Below are positions 1 through 13,160 of a stretch of DNA of 64,000 bases, piece after piece (within the stretch, counting starts at the first letter, position 1; every line of letters begins with the position of its first letter). Source of the stretch: Octopus sinensis (taxonomy: Eukaryota); the NCBI RefSeq assembly GCF_006345805.1, contig NC_042998.1, positions 126,356,001 through 126,420,000 of the forward strand, given 5' to 3'. The position numbers and the translations under genes were made by a program. The notes under the pieces were generated by a model that made no database searches, was not told where the DNA came from, and saw nothing but the letters and a program-made list of their open reading frames with translations.

Positions 1-250
1 TAGCTGGCATTCAATTGGCGTATCAAGTTTCAGGTATTTTGATTGGGTTTTGGATAGAAAATTCACAAAAAAGTCACTTCTATTGATTTTTTAATGGCTT
101 TGCTGGGTGACTGGGGAAATGTAAAGATGTGCATGGCCACCCTTGGATGGTTTTGAATGACCATAGAAAGTGCGAGCCCTCTAACTGAAAAATTGTGGAT
201 TTGTATAAAGGACACGCACGCAGACATTTTGCCGTTTATATATATAGAGA
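1..250. repeat. End of an interspersed repeat, possibly a non-autonomous Helitron/DINE-like element, cut by the window start
   Basis: Ends in acacgcacgcagacattttgccgtttatatatatagag, a terminal pattern I associate with invertebrate DINE-like repeats. Recognition only. Confidence 0.3.
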
Positions 251-684
251 TGACTAATAGTAATTTTTTTGACTAGGTTGCACAATGCCAATATTTGGTG
301 GGAGATAGGTATATTTGATTTGACCTTAAAATATTACTCGGACTTATTTTGGTTCCATAGTAATATAAAACAGACCCAATTCAAGGTGTTCTACATGAAA
401 TTGTGGGTATAACACAACTAGCCATCACTTGTGAACAAATATGGCTTGGTAACAAGTACCATTGCTTTCACTAATTGTTTTAGTGAAAGCGTGGTACAAG
501 TTAACCAGCAGAACATCCAGAATGTGCCAGCTGGAGAGAAAGAGGGCTGCACCTGTACTCAGCTGTTATTCATTATTGATGAAAAGGCTGAGCAACATGT
601 AATGAAGTGTCTTGCTCAAGATGTGTTACTTATTCCAGGAATTGAATCCATGTAATCATGAGCTGAATACTCTAATTACTAGAC

Positions 685-1087
685 CATGCATGGGCAACCT
701 GTGGCCTCCGGTCTGCATGCAGTTCTCAACATGTTGTGTGGCCTTCAATGAGTTTCTAGGTTACTAATTTCTACAAGTGAAAAATTTTTCTCAAATTTTC
801 CAATTATTAACCTTATTGTCTCTCACCTCTTAAACTTGCACTTCAATTTTGCATTTAATTTCGTCCCGCCTTCCTTCTCTCTCTCTCGATGTACATTAGG
901 AAACAATGAAAGAGATGCCAGCTTAATGTAAACTTTCATACTAAGACAAATAAAATTAAGAACTGCAAACAATTCAGTGTTAAGTGGGCAAGTAATATTT
1001 CATGCAGATGTGTTTTATCATGCGGCCCTCTCCCGCTTGGAAATGGTATGATGCATCCCCCAGTTGACGAAAAGTTGCCCATCCCTG
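685..1087. mobile_element. hAT-type MITE (~400 bp)
   Basis: Imperfect TIRs catgcatgggcaac / gttgcccatccctg (CAGGGATGGGCAAC-type). The 8-bp flanks tactagac (677-684) and cattagac (1088-1095) match 6/8, consistent with an aged 8-bp TSD. Confidence 0.7.
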
Positions 1088-3310
1088 CATTAGACTCTGT
1101 TTTCACTCAAGGCCCTGTGGGAGGACTTAGACTGGTGGTTTGTGCAGTCTTAAGTGATATTACATTCAATACTGCATATATAGGCTTTTACACCATCTAA
1201 AGAATCAAATATTTCAAACAAAACACAATATCAAAAGATTGTTTCATGGTTCTCTATAAAATTCCAACCACCTTACGACTTCCAGAATAGCTGGAATTTC
1301 CATAGGCCCTGTTTGTAGTATTTTATTGGTCTTTGATGACACGGTCCCTGTGTTAAGTTGTCTATGTATAAAAATATTGTTCTTTAAAACAAAAAATGAA
1401 TATACAAATCAAAATGTATTGTTTATAGAAACAAAATATGAGATTAATAGTTTGATAAGCTTACACTTTTCAATGGTCAGAATGTGTGCATGTGTTACTG
1501 CATCTAATTGAGCAGTTGAATATCAATCTTTCATATGTGGAAACAATAAGAAATTAGTATAATTGGCAACTCATTAGGAGAGAAACATCATAAAAGCACA
1601 CCATGAAAATCATAACTGTTCAACTAATTGGTGTTGAAGATATAGATTTTTGCTACTACTTGACACTAAGCTGGGGCATGCTTCGTTAGCAGTAAGATGA
1701 CTGTTAATAGAGATGGATGTGGAAAAAAAACTTGCAACAAATGTAATCTGTAGACAACTCAAAGTAAAAATTATACCGCAGTGTGGTTTCATGAGTTATT
1801 GTGGAGTTAATTAAGTTGATTTTTATAAATGGAAATAAGGGAATTATATGCAGTAATGATTTTTGTGTCACGTGTATTAACTTTTCTTTCTCTAAAACAG
1901 GTATGCTCAATTTCAAAAATAGTAAAATGCTATGTTACTTTTTAAGCAATATATAGATTTAAAAAACTTATTTAAAAGTTTCATGTTTTATTTTTTAATT
2001 TTGAATATGAGTCAAGCAGAAGAATTCTGTTCTTATATTTCTTGCGCTTTTAATTATTTTGAGATTTATTATTTTACATAATATAATTCCATTGCTTCCT
2101 TGAACCTACATAATATATAATTCATTGGTTACCTATAGCTTAAATTACATTTAAATCACTGGGTACCTATAGCATACTTAAGTCTCTGCATGGTCACTTG
2201 ACCTGCTAGAAATAGCTGTAAAAAATCATTTGGATCACACTGTACAATCTTAAAGAAAGGAAGGGCACATTGGATAATGTATTCCTAGATCTCCTGTCTT
2301 GTTTTCAGTGTATTTAAACACCAACATATTGTACAGGCCTTGATTATTAGTGAATGACAAATAGTAGTTGGGTTATTCAGTAGTAGATGATTAAATTGCA
2401 TTTTAAGAATTTAAGATTGTTTGGGATATCTTTAATATGTTGAAGTCTCATCTCATCCCTTACATTTCTCACATTGTCATAACTTTTGCAATCAGTAAAA
2501 TGTCTTTTTATATTATCGTCTCATTAATGTCTATTAAGTTTTATGCAATTTCTCCTGTTTACATTTTCATAATATTTTTCATGTATATATGTTAAGAAAT
2601 ATAGGAGCAAAAAAAAAAAAATGCAAAAAATCTTCTTAGGGCTTTATTTTATTAAATTTTTCAAACATTCTTCTGGGCTTTTTAGTTGAAGATATTTTTT
2701 TCATAATAATTGATGAGGTGCACAGAGAACAGTGAGAATCTAAGCTATAATTTATCTATTTATTCTCAATATGTTCTGGCAGATTTGAACTGGAGTTTTT
2801 GATCACTGTTGTTTATTGCCATTGGAGAGTATCTCCTCCATTTAGACAATGTGTGCCCATAACATACACAATTCACCTGATAGTGTTTCGAACTATTTTA
2901 TATCTTGGTCAAAGCTACTCCATTGGGCAAATGAATTTAACCAGACTCTTGTTTATAGAGATCAGCAAATTATTTGCTGATGTGTACTGATGTTTGTCAA
3001 ATAGATAATTCATGAGGTGCATGTTGAACAAGAACCCAAACCATATCATATCCATTTTCAGTATGTTTTGGCAGATTTGAACATAAATATATTTTTTTTA
3101 TTTAGTTTGTCTTAAATTGAATGGTTCGTCACCTATTAACTTTTAGGATAGTTGATTGCATAGATTCTTTGAAAGTTATTATATTTGTGGAAGCTGGTTG
3201 GACAGTGTTTTTATATTGACCTTTCCCCATGTTGCCTTTGAAATAGTTTAAAAAGAAATGTTGATTAATTAAAAGAATAATGATTACACACACACACACT
3301 CTCTCTCTCA

Positions 3311-3349
<39 letters not shown>

Positions 3350-4804
3350 CTACATGTTCCTTATATCTGTACCAGATTGAAATTTTATATCAAACAATTG
3401 GATTCCGCCTGATATGATCTTGTAGACATGAAAACCGTCTCCATTACTGGATTAGCCACTGAAAAACCTACACTACATAAATAGTTTTAATGCTTTTAAT
3501 TTTTGAGGTTTAGACATTTTGTGCTATTACAACTTCCTGTTTCATCAGATTTCTAATGCTACTAAATGTCTTCCCTTCTTTTGTGTTGTATTGTAAAAAT
3601 GAAAAGTAATTGATTTGAAGTTTATTGCAAAAGGCTGTTGTTAGTTCATAGATGTTTAATTTTTAGTTGGGTAGATTCTTCCACTATATAGAACCTCCTG
3701 CTAGATGGAAGCTTTTCATATTGAAACAAGTGATGGAGTAGAGGCAGTGAAAATGTAGTTAGTTATATTGATCTCAACTTGTGCTGTTTTGTAATTTAAT
3801 TGTCAGCTCTTTTATAACTTGCATCATAGTATTGAGATTGCTATACCACTTATTAATTTTTTTTCCTTTTATTTTTGAAAATTCTTTTCTAAACTGTATA
3901 ATACCATGATCTTTAATTAAAGAAATTGCATTACGTTATAAAGTAATGCATTTTTACAACCAACTTAGAGTTGATGTAAATAGTTCTAGGTTTTATTTCT
4001 TTTTGTGCTGTAGTTCTCCACTACCAACAACCTACAATAAAAAAAAATTAAAAAAAAGAAAATAAAAAGCTCAAATGGAAACAGTCTTGATGAAAGATAA
4101 CTATGAAGTCTGAGGGATTTAGATTTATAGTAGTTTTTCCTATTTCCTAATTGTTGATAACTAGCAGAACAATATGTACCAAGTAGTTCTATCTACTTTG
4201 AAATAGAAAGTTCACTTGTTTAAGAAGAGTAACTAGGATTAACCTTATCCTTGTTGCTGTGTGACATTAATGATGTGAATGATATACTGCACACAACATT
4301 CCTTCTGACTTATACTCTCCACATTTGTTAACCTAATGCTGTTATTTAAACTGAATCTGTCAATATAACGAGTTTCTTTAGGTTAATAAAAAAACAATTA
4401 TAACACGTTATTTCCAATGCTCGACACACATTTTTCTGCAACAAAAATGCAGTTACTGCTGTAATTGTTAACTAAGGGCTTATTGATTGATTTAGATTTC
4501 ATACTTGAGGATTATTTCATTAGAAAATGTTGACACAAATTTCATGTTAGAATATTGAAATCATTTAACTGCTGAAACTGCTTTACACTCGCATTTCTAC
4601 TGCCAGTCTATTCAGAGCTGGATCTACCTCTCAACCTTTTAATGCTGTGAAACTAGAGCTTAATATTTCAAAGGCTTTTGAAGACATTATTCACTGAAAG
4701 TGCTTATCACGAACTGAGTTTTTGCAATAATTTCTACATACAAACATACATAATATTAAAAATCAATCCATTACTGATCATTTCCTTAACATGATTTGGC
4801 TGTG

Positions 4805-4835
<31 letters not shown>

Positions 4836-5266
4836 TGTGTGTGTAGGAGTTTGGAGTGGGGCTTATGAAGAATCTTTATAAACATTTATTTATATGAAAA
4901 GATGCTTGGAAAATAAAATTATGACAGGACTTTTCTTGGTTGGTAACTTGTGTAAACAGTCTTAGTCAGTTTGATATGTCAAAGGTTAAGAGATGTGTAC
5001 ATTCAGTTGTATTTCCATATACACAAATACACATGCTTCATATGAGGGTCTGCTACAATACTTTTGATTTAACTTCTGGTGTCATCTTGCTGAGCTTGAT
5101 TTTTATGCTTGTTCCTCTATTGGGGCTGATGTTTGTCATAGGGTTCTTCTTGGTTATGTCTGTATTTTGTTTTTAGTTCATAGATAGCATAATTGGAACA
5201 TTGTGCTCTTTATCTGTTAAAAAGAAGTTTGTAATCATAACTCCTGAAATATTTTCAGTATACTCT

Positions 5267-5267
5267 C

Positions 5268-5298
<31 letters not shown>

Positions 5299-5638
5299 GT
5301 TTCAGTCATTTGACTGCGGCCATGCTGGAGCACCACCTTTTAGTACTTATTCTATCGGTCTCTTTTTGCCGAACCGCTAAGTGACGGGGACCTAAATACA
5401 CCAGCATCGGTTGTCAAGCAATGCTAGGGGGACAAACATAGACACACAAACACACGCATACATATATATATATACATATATACGACAGGCTTCTTTCAGT
5501 TTCCGTCTACCAAATCCACTCACAAGGCATTGGTCGGCCCGGGGCTATAGCAGAAGACACTTGCCCAAGATGCCACGCAGTGGGACTGAACCCGCAACCG
5601 TGTGGTTGGTTAGCAAGCTACTTACCACACAGCCACTC
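5267..5638 (-). mobile_element. tRNA-derived SINE, family A
   Basis: Minus-strand head with A-box-like TGGCTGTGTGG and B-box-like GGTTCAGTCCC, then a CTTGGGCAAGTG core, an internal TA/CA microsatellite and a poly(A) tail. About 12 related copies in the window. Confidence 0.85.
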
Positions 5639-7844
5639 ACAAAATAAATGTTGGTGTTTTCTTTTGTGTGTACTTGAATTTGTAGTATTTCATTAGACTG
5701 ATCGCACGACCTGGTGATTAGACTAGATCAGAAACAAAACCTTTAAGAGTATCATTTCACTACAAGCTAAATTAGTGTTGGGTTAAGCTAGTTTAATCAG
5801 ATTTAGTTAATTATTTGTTTTTATGTATTCCTCTCTCATAGCTTCTGAGTATATAAGCTTTGTTGCAACTATTCAAATTAGTAACACAGTCTCAAAACTA
5901 CTTTTGGTCATATGCATTGTTATTTATTAATGATCATAAAAAACAAATATATTATCCAGAAAGGAATATTTAATGTGAGAACATTAGAGGCAATTGGTTT
6001 ACATATAAATCTGCCGATTTCATTGTTTGATTTCCTTTTACTAATTTCACTCATTGAACCTCTTGACATTCTGTGGCACTCCTTTCAAGGTACTGTTGAT
6101 TATAATGGTTCTAATAACTATTGATTGGAACTTCTTTTATCAACTTCAAAAAGGTGAAGGTTAATGTGAACTTGGGTAGGATTTTAACACAGAATGTAAA
6201 TGAACTTAAACAAATACCCCAGGTTATTTTGAATGATGCTCTACTAATTCTGACTTTTGCTACTGATACTTGTAGAATTGAGTTTGTATCACAGGTTCTC
6301 ATTTTAAACTGATGGATGTAATGACTTCTATTTGAGCTTTTATAGAATCTCTTTGTGTCTATAAGACATGCCACTTGAAAAAGTAGCAGCCTTTTCATCC
6401 TTGGCAAAACTCTTGAAATACATTCTGTGCTTTAGGGCACAATATCCTAACCTTTTCTGCCTCGAGGCACCCTTGCCAAGCCTATCAGAAAGGAAATACT
6501 TCTCTAATATATTTTGATTAGCTGATATTAGAGTCAACTCTCTTGGTTGTTGTTTTTAGATTTAAACATCTAAAGTGGGATTTTTTGATAACTATTTGCA
6601 TGGTATATCAAAGCTTTTTCAATTCACAGTATTATATATATGACTCCCAACAGTATGTATATTTAGTATACAGAATGTTCCCTTGAGGTACTTCCCCCTC
6701 AGCTTTATTGTTGCTTTTATCTTTAGCATGATGGTATTTGGGTATGTTTATTGCAAATATTCAATTTGTGAATTTCCTAGTTGTCTTGATATATATCTAT
6801 TTTGGGTTAGATCAGCAAAGTTTAAGGGATTTCATTTAAATGGTGATCAAGTACTGTAGTACATAATCTAGTTTGGTTTCATTTTAGTGTTTTCACTGAT
6901 TAACTGAGGTTTGTGTGTGTTTGTTTATTTTTTTTATGCGTAACTTATTCAAGAAAAGTATATAGTAATTATGAAAGCTGACTTTGAGTTTTGTATTATT
7001 GATGAAAGAGCATTCTAGGTATAAATAAAAATTATAAAATACAAAGTGAAAAGGAAATCCAAAAAGTAAAATGTAAGACAGACTACTTGTGATTGTTGAT
7101 TACTTGGATTAAAGTGCAACTTTTATCTGTTTTGCCAAAGGTCAAAAGTTTGCTTCTTGTGCCAAAATCCAATAGCTATCATGGTATAAGAAAAGCATAG
7201 CTTTTAATTGTTTATACCTAAATGAACACAGTACAGTTTCTGTACCATTTAAATACCAGTTATTAGTCCAGTAATCTAACCACTCATCCACCATCCATAT
7301 TTACTTGGTTAACGTACTTTCATCTGTGTGTCACACATTCTGTGCTTCTGGAAATTCTATCGCAGCTCTCATGATATTTTTTTTTGCATCACCTTGCTAT
7401 GCTGCTTTGCAGTTGGCAAATTAGAGTTAATTAGCTAGTAGATAAAGTTTAGACAGTGCTGAAAGATGCTAATCAATGGTATTAAGGTACAAGTTAGACA
7501 TAAGATAAGATAGATGCATCTTCCTAAATTAAATTCTACATATATAAGTACATTCTGTGTGTTCCATGTTAGTATGGTAAAAGTTAATGTTAAGCCATCG
7601 ATGGTGCTATTACAGCAATTATCCTGGTCAACATTCTATTGCACAGAGCTTCTCCTTTCAGGGAGCATCTATCTGGTCATTTGGTATGCTAGAAATAGCA
7701 GCCAAATTCCCTCTTGTCTTAAAAAAAGGGAATGGCATATTGGACAGTGTAGTGTTAGATAAATAGACAGCTGAAAAGGTCTGTGACTGTAACTGGAACA
7801 TTGCAACTCAGGACAAAACAATGCCGTAACATTTACAATATAGA

Positions 7845-9759
7845 TCATCATCCTCCTCGTCATCATTTAATGTTTGTTTTTCATGCTTGGCATGCACTGG
7901 ACAATTTGGCAGGATCCAAAAAGTCAGAAGTCTGTGTCAAGTCCTAATGTCTGTTTTGGCATGGTTTCTATTACTGATACCCTTCTTAATGCCAACCATT
8001 TTACAGAGTGTGCTGGGTGCTTTTTTTCATGACACTAACAATAGTGAAGTCACCAAGTAACTTGCAAGACAAGGAAAACACTTTGATTGAGTGGGGTTGT
8101 AGTAGATAGGGAGATGGCTTTATATAGGTGTTGAGAAGTTAAGGTATAATGGACAGGTACTGGTGTCTTACAACAGAAGAGATACATAGCTAGCCCACAT
8201 CATGTAAGGTTGGGTGGAAGTAGCTGGAAAATGAAATGAAGATCATGCTGATGAGGTGTTAAATTTCTGTAATGACCTAGAGGCTTTAATGAATAGAAGG
8301 GACTCAGAACTGTGTCCTGGTGAACTGCCATCTTTGCTAATTCTCACCTTATTGACCTTGTGTATTGCTTGTATGGCTATAAGCCATATATTTATCCCTA
8401 GCTTCCTCAGAGACCACCATTTCCCAGAGTGTGGGACCCTGCCAAAGGCTTTCCCCAGGTTGATGTATGCCAAGTATACTGGCTTAATTTTAGCCTAATA
8501 CTTTTCAAAGTTGTTTTACGAGAAACAGAGTATTAGTGCTACTTTTCCCATGCACAATTTGAAACTGCACCTCCTCGTACCTAATTCTGACCTAATTAAC
8601 TGTAACTTTCAGTAACTTTCTTGACCTGATCCAGTAATTTGATATCTCTTTAATTCCTTCTGTCTAAGGTATTTCCTTTACCCTTGTAACAATTGGTTAT
8701 ATTGTAAAGTCAGTTATTGGATATAAGACCTACCTGTGTAACCTGATTAACTATGTGGGTGACTAGGCTGTATCCTTCTCTGCAATGATTCCTGATGAAT
8801 CAGGGGCTTTTCCTGCCTTCATATGCTTAATTGCTTTGTCATACTGTTGTCAAGTAGGATAGCTGGTCCCTCTGTTAGGTGCATGTTGGGTAAACCCTTG
8901 TCCTCACATGCATTCTCTACATTTAGTAACCTTTCACAACTGCACTTCCATACCACTTTCTTTTCAGCATCACTAAGTACAAATATATAGTCATCGATTC
9001 GCATATACTTGTTGCCCATAATATCTTGATTCTTTTTGATACACTGTCTTGTTATCCAGAACACCACGTCTCTGATCTTCATGCTATAGAACATTGACAA
9101 ATCTTTTCCTTTCTACTCCTCCCCTTCTTACGAAACAGACCTATCATTTAACTTTTCTTCTAGCTACCTGGCATAATTCTCTGCTACTTCCATTCTTACA
9201 ATCTTTCCAAGCCTATTTCTTTGCTTTTATGGTTCTCTTCTCTTTACTGTTGTCTCACAACCATGTCACTCTTGGTCTAGCTGGAACTTTGCATCAGATA
9301 CAGATTTGGTCTGTTACTCTCAGTAGGTGGTCTCAAAGGAATTTCCAGTGTGTACACCCTCTTCTCCTATGCTTCAACTAGTACTTCTCTAATTTTCTGA
9401 CTGTTCATTGGATCTTTAAGCTTCCATAACTTTCTATAAAAGACTGGTTTTCATTTCTGAGTCTTTTTAATTCTAAGTCTGAAGTCACTAGCCACTAACC
9501 TATGTTGGGTTGTACATTCTTCTACTGAGAAGGACTTTGTATTCATAAGCATCGGTCTATCTTGTTTTCTGGTGAGAATATACCTAACTTGGATTGTGTG
9601 CCAACCAGACTGATTGGTTTCTTGAAGTAAGTGTTGCAGATCATCAAGTCATTTGCATTACAAGACTGCAGCTGCCTTGTTTCCTCTTCATTTCAAGGAC
9701 TAAAACTATAGTCTCCATGTGCAGCATGGAATCTAATGCTTGTTGAAGTCACCAGTGAA
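7845..9759 (-). mobile_element. Decayed RTE-clade LINE: endonuclease C-terminus, linker and RT N-terminus, joined to a GAT-repeat 3' tail
   Basis: Minus-strand peptides FTGDFN (~9740-9758), NDLMICNTYFKKP, VFWITRQCIKKNQD..WKCSCERLLNVEN and INLGKAFGRVPH..WWSLRKLGI (decayed DLEKAFDRVP). Many stops and frameshifts; the RT C-terminal half is missing. Confidence 0.85.
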
Positions 9760-10631
9760 GAAAATTATGGAAGCTTAAAGATCCAATGAACATTTAGCAG
9801 CTGAGATATTATGAAAAAATCATTAAAACAGGAAATTTGATTGTATTGCATATGAAGATTTTGCTATAGACATGGTTGTATGAATGGTTGTCATTTATGT
9901 AGTAGTTACTGTTCCAAATTTTAAGGTCATTGAAAATTAGAAAACCTGTTTTTTAATATTTAGAAAATATAAATTTTATCAGATTTAGTGAAAAAGAATG
10001 ATGCATCGGCAAAGTTATTTTCGAGACTTATCAAAGAGTACTATAATTCATTCAGCCTCAGGAAAAATGCAGTTATCCATCCATTAAAAACAAATCCTAA
10101 TAAGGAAAAATTAATCCTTTTGAACTTGAAAATGAATTATATTTTTTAGTTCAGTTCACATTTTTTGTTGTATTTCTCACTAAAAATCCTATTAAAAAGT
10201 ATGCTGACAAATCACTGCAATTCCATTATACCCTGGTCTCTATATATTATGCAAAGAAATCTAAATATTGATTAGTTGAAGTCTGTTTATTCATTTGCCT
10301 TGCAACATCTTTTTGGGATTCTGCAGAAAAAAACTACAAAAACAAAAACATAACAAACTTGTCCATATTCCATAAGTTTCATGATAAGAAATGTATAGTA
10401 AGGTATACCTAACAATAATAAAAATTTTAGCCATCACTGAGATGTGCAATCTAAATGTTGACAAATATTAGCAAATGTCTTTTTTATCATTCTCTGAAAA
10501 AGAAAAGGGATTGATTTAGCCAGTTGCTCCTCTAATTGGAGTTTTCATCAGACATGAAGAGAACTACAATAAGCTATTTATAGTCATAATATATTATAAC
10601 CTTGCTATATTGGTTAGTCTGATTTGTTTAA

Positions 10632-10849
10632 CCCTTTCGTATTCAGATTACTCTGTGAAATGTAATGCTTATATATTCACATTGCCCTGTATTAGTCATG
10701 CTTTGTCTCATAACTTAGATTTCTGTGATGTGACTCTTTACTTTAAGAATGATATTGCTGGGTATATGTAAGAGGCTGGATTTGGCTAGTTTTAACATAA
10801 AAGAGGTAGAATATTTAGGCTGGATATGGCTGGTTTGAATACTAAAGGG
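10632..10849. mobile_element. piggyBac-type MITE (218 bp)
   Basis: TTAA on both sides (10628-10631, 10850-10853). TIRs ccctttcgtattcaga / tttgaatactaaaggg match 14/16. Confidence 0.8.
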
Positions 10850-11323
10850 TTAATAGTATTTTTGTTGATTGTGTGATTAATTAATTTATAATGCATTAAA
10901 CAGTGTACATTGCATAATTTGTTTAGTGCATCATTAATCTATAAGTTTAAATTGTAATTTGGGAGGCTTGGAAAATATTTACAGAATGCAGTTGCTAAGA
11001 ATATAGCATAAGCAAATTCATAGCGCTAGATTTTGGTGATGTGTCAGTGCTAATATATAGTCATGTAAAAATAGTTTGCAAGTTTCTCTACAACCTCCTT
11101 TTATTTGTTATTTTTCTTTAGTCACTATAAGTAGAGCACGTATATACACCTTCCTGTCCATAGTTATGGAGCTGAGTGTATTCAGTTGTTGCTGCTGCAG
11201 AAGTTTAGAGATACTATAGTGTTTGTGTGGCTGTGGTATAATAATAGTTCAAATGAATAGCTTGTCTTAAGAAGGCAACTACTTGGAATATTTTCTTATT
11301 CTTTTGTCTATTTAAATTGGAAC

Positions 11324-11408
11324 AATGTAAACTTAATTTATAAATTTACCTTCTATTTAAATTGGAGCAATTTAAATAGAAGGTAGATTTCTAAATTAAA
11401 TTTACATT
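11324..11408. repeat. Near-perfect inverted repeat: 41-bp arms, 3-nt loop
   Basis: The left arm (11324-11364) is the reverse complement of 11368-11408 at 38/41 positions; loop gag. Confidence 0.95.
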
Positions 11409-13029
11409 CTAATTCATGCCCATAAATTATTTGGTTCAGATTTTTTACTAATGTTTCGAAAAAGTTGATAGTGAGTTATGTGAGCTTGCAGTAGCTACTC
11501 TTTGCATCTATTACTAGTCCTAACTAAACTAAACCACTTATAGTATAAAGAGTTTAGCTGATATCTGATAATTAGTTTGCAGTCCGAATTAATATTAATT
11601 TCAGTGTATTTTTCATGACAGTATCTAAAGATTGATTCATCATTATTATCTGCCTATGACTCAGAGATAGTTCATTAAACAAAGCATTTAACTGACATTT
11701 TCTTTCAGTAGCTGTCCTATTTTTACTGAGGGCATGTTATTGTAAAATATAAGGCTTGTGTTTATTCTAAAGAGTTTAGGTAGTGTGTTGGTTCTAAACT
11801 GAGTTGGTTGGACAACTAAATAGATCTTTTAGTAGCTCAGTATCACACACACACACACACATACACACACACACACATATATATACACACATACATACCT
11901 ACACAGGCACTAAAATATATTTTCACACCTCATTCCATGTCACCAACTGCTTCATCTGTACTACCAAGAACATAATTTACTAAAATACCAGTGCCTAAAT
12001 TGGTCAGTGACAGGCATATTGTTTTGGAACACTTATTGGACATCTGATGCAACACCACTAGATCACCATGACCTGTTGTCTGCACTTCAATTCTTGTGAC
12101 CATCTTATTGCACATGGTATTGTGAATCTCCTCTCAATTGTCTGTACCTTGAACAACAATTTTCTGCCTTAACACAGCCCACATGGCTCAAGTTAATAAT
12201 CATGTTACTTTCCTTTAATATTGCTGCTTTCCTCTTAATGTCTCAACATACCAATAAATGCCGTCATGTGCTGGATGCTTTTTTTTCATTATATCAAAAC
12301 TAGTGAGGATATCACACAACTTGCAAGACTAAGACCTCTTTCAACTAAAGCAGGTTTATGTAAGGAGATGAGGGGTTAAAATATGAGAGAAAGGGCCAGA
12401 ACAGAACAGGTTTCATGTTGTAGAGGAATTACATAGCTACATACATAGGAGAGACGGTGAGAATAATCAGGCTGGATCCTCAAGGTATGAAGTGAGTACA
12501 AGTAAATGAGGGTAGAACAGTGTGGGTGGTTTGAGATTGCAAGAATATATGGGAGTGTGAGAGATGGTTAGAGATAGAGGGAATGGATGTGGGGGTAATA
12601 TAATAAGTGAAGAACAAGTGTTGAGAGATGATAAGTATATGTTGAAGGGAAGAGTAGGTGACAGTTGCAGAGATTGGGTAGAGTTTGAGGAGTGGGAGTA
12701 ATCAATGATACAGTGATATATATGAGTTAAGGAGAGGTAGGGAGAGTTGGAGATAACTGACTGTGCAGAAAAGGTGAGATGAAGAGCAGCAGAATAGTAA
12801 TAATGATGCAGCAGAGAGAGAGAGAGAAAAAGAGATGTGTGAGAAGAACAGTATTGAAAATGAAGGATGGCTAACAAGTGAAATGGTTCCAGACAATGAG
12901 AATGATAAGTGGTATTCAGGTCTGCTTACATTTAATTACGGCAGCAGAATACTGCAGTTAGAGAGGTGATGGATCATGGGAATGGCTTAAGGAAGAAATT
13001 GGGTGAAGGGTTCAGTTCTGCACTCGCGT

Positions 13030-13100
13030 ACGCACACACACACATGCGTGTACGCACACACACACATGCACGCACACACACACACATACACACACACACA

Positions 13101-13156
<56 letters not shown>
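13030..13156. repeat. (CA)n microsatellite
   Basis: Directly visible. Other CA/TG tracts at about 4801-4844, 18026-18086, 34633-34700 and 50592-50612. Confidence 0.97.

Positions 13157-13159
<3 letters not shown>

Positions 13160-13160
<1 letters not shown>

Noticed and set aside
3910-3953. Two adjacent short palindromes (tctttaattaaaga; aattgcattacgtta/taaagtaatgcattt)
   Set aside because: Short and AT-rich; plausible by chance in 64 kb.
5950-6900. Possible very old LINE/RT relic (overlapping ORFs, KSFD-like motif on the minus strand)
   Set aside because: No motif convincing enough to assign.
12400-12960. Purine-rich tract with 136-aa and 64-aa minus-strand ORFs (mirrored by a CT-rich tract at 53700-54200)
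   Set aside because: Low-complexity, repeat-associated sequence with no protein-like features.
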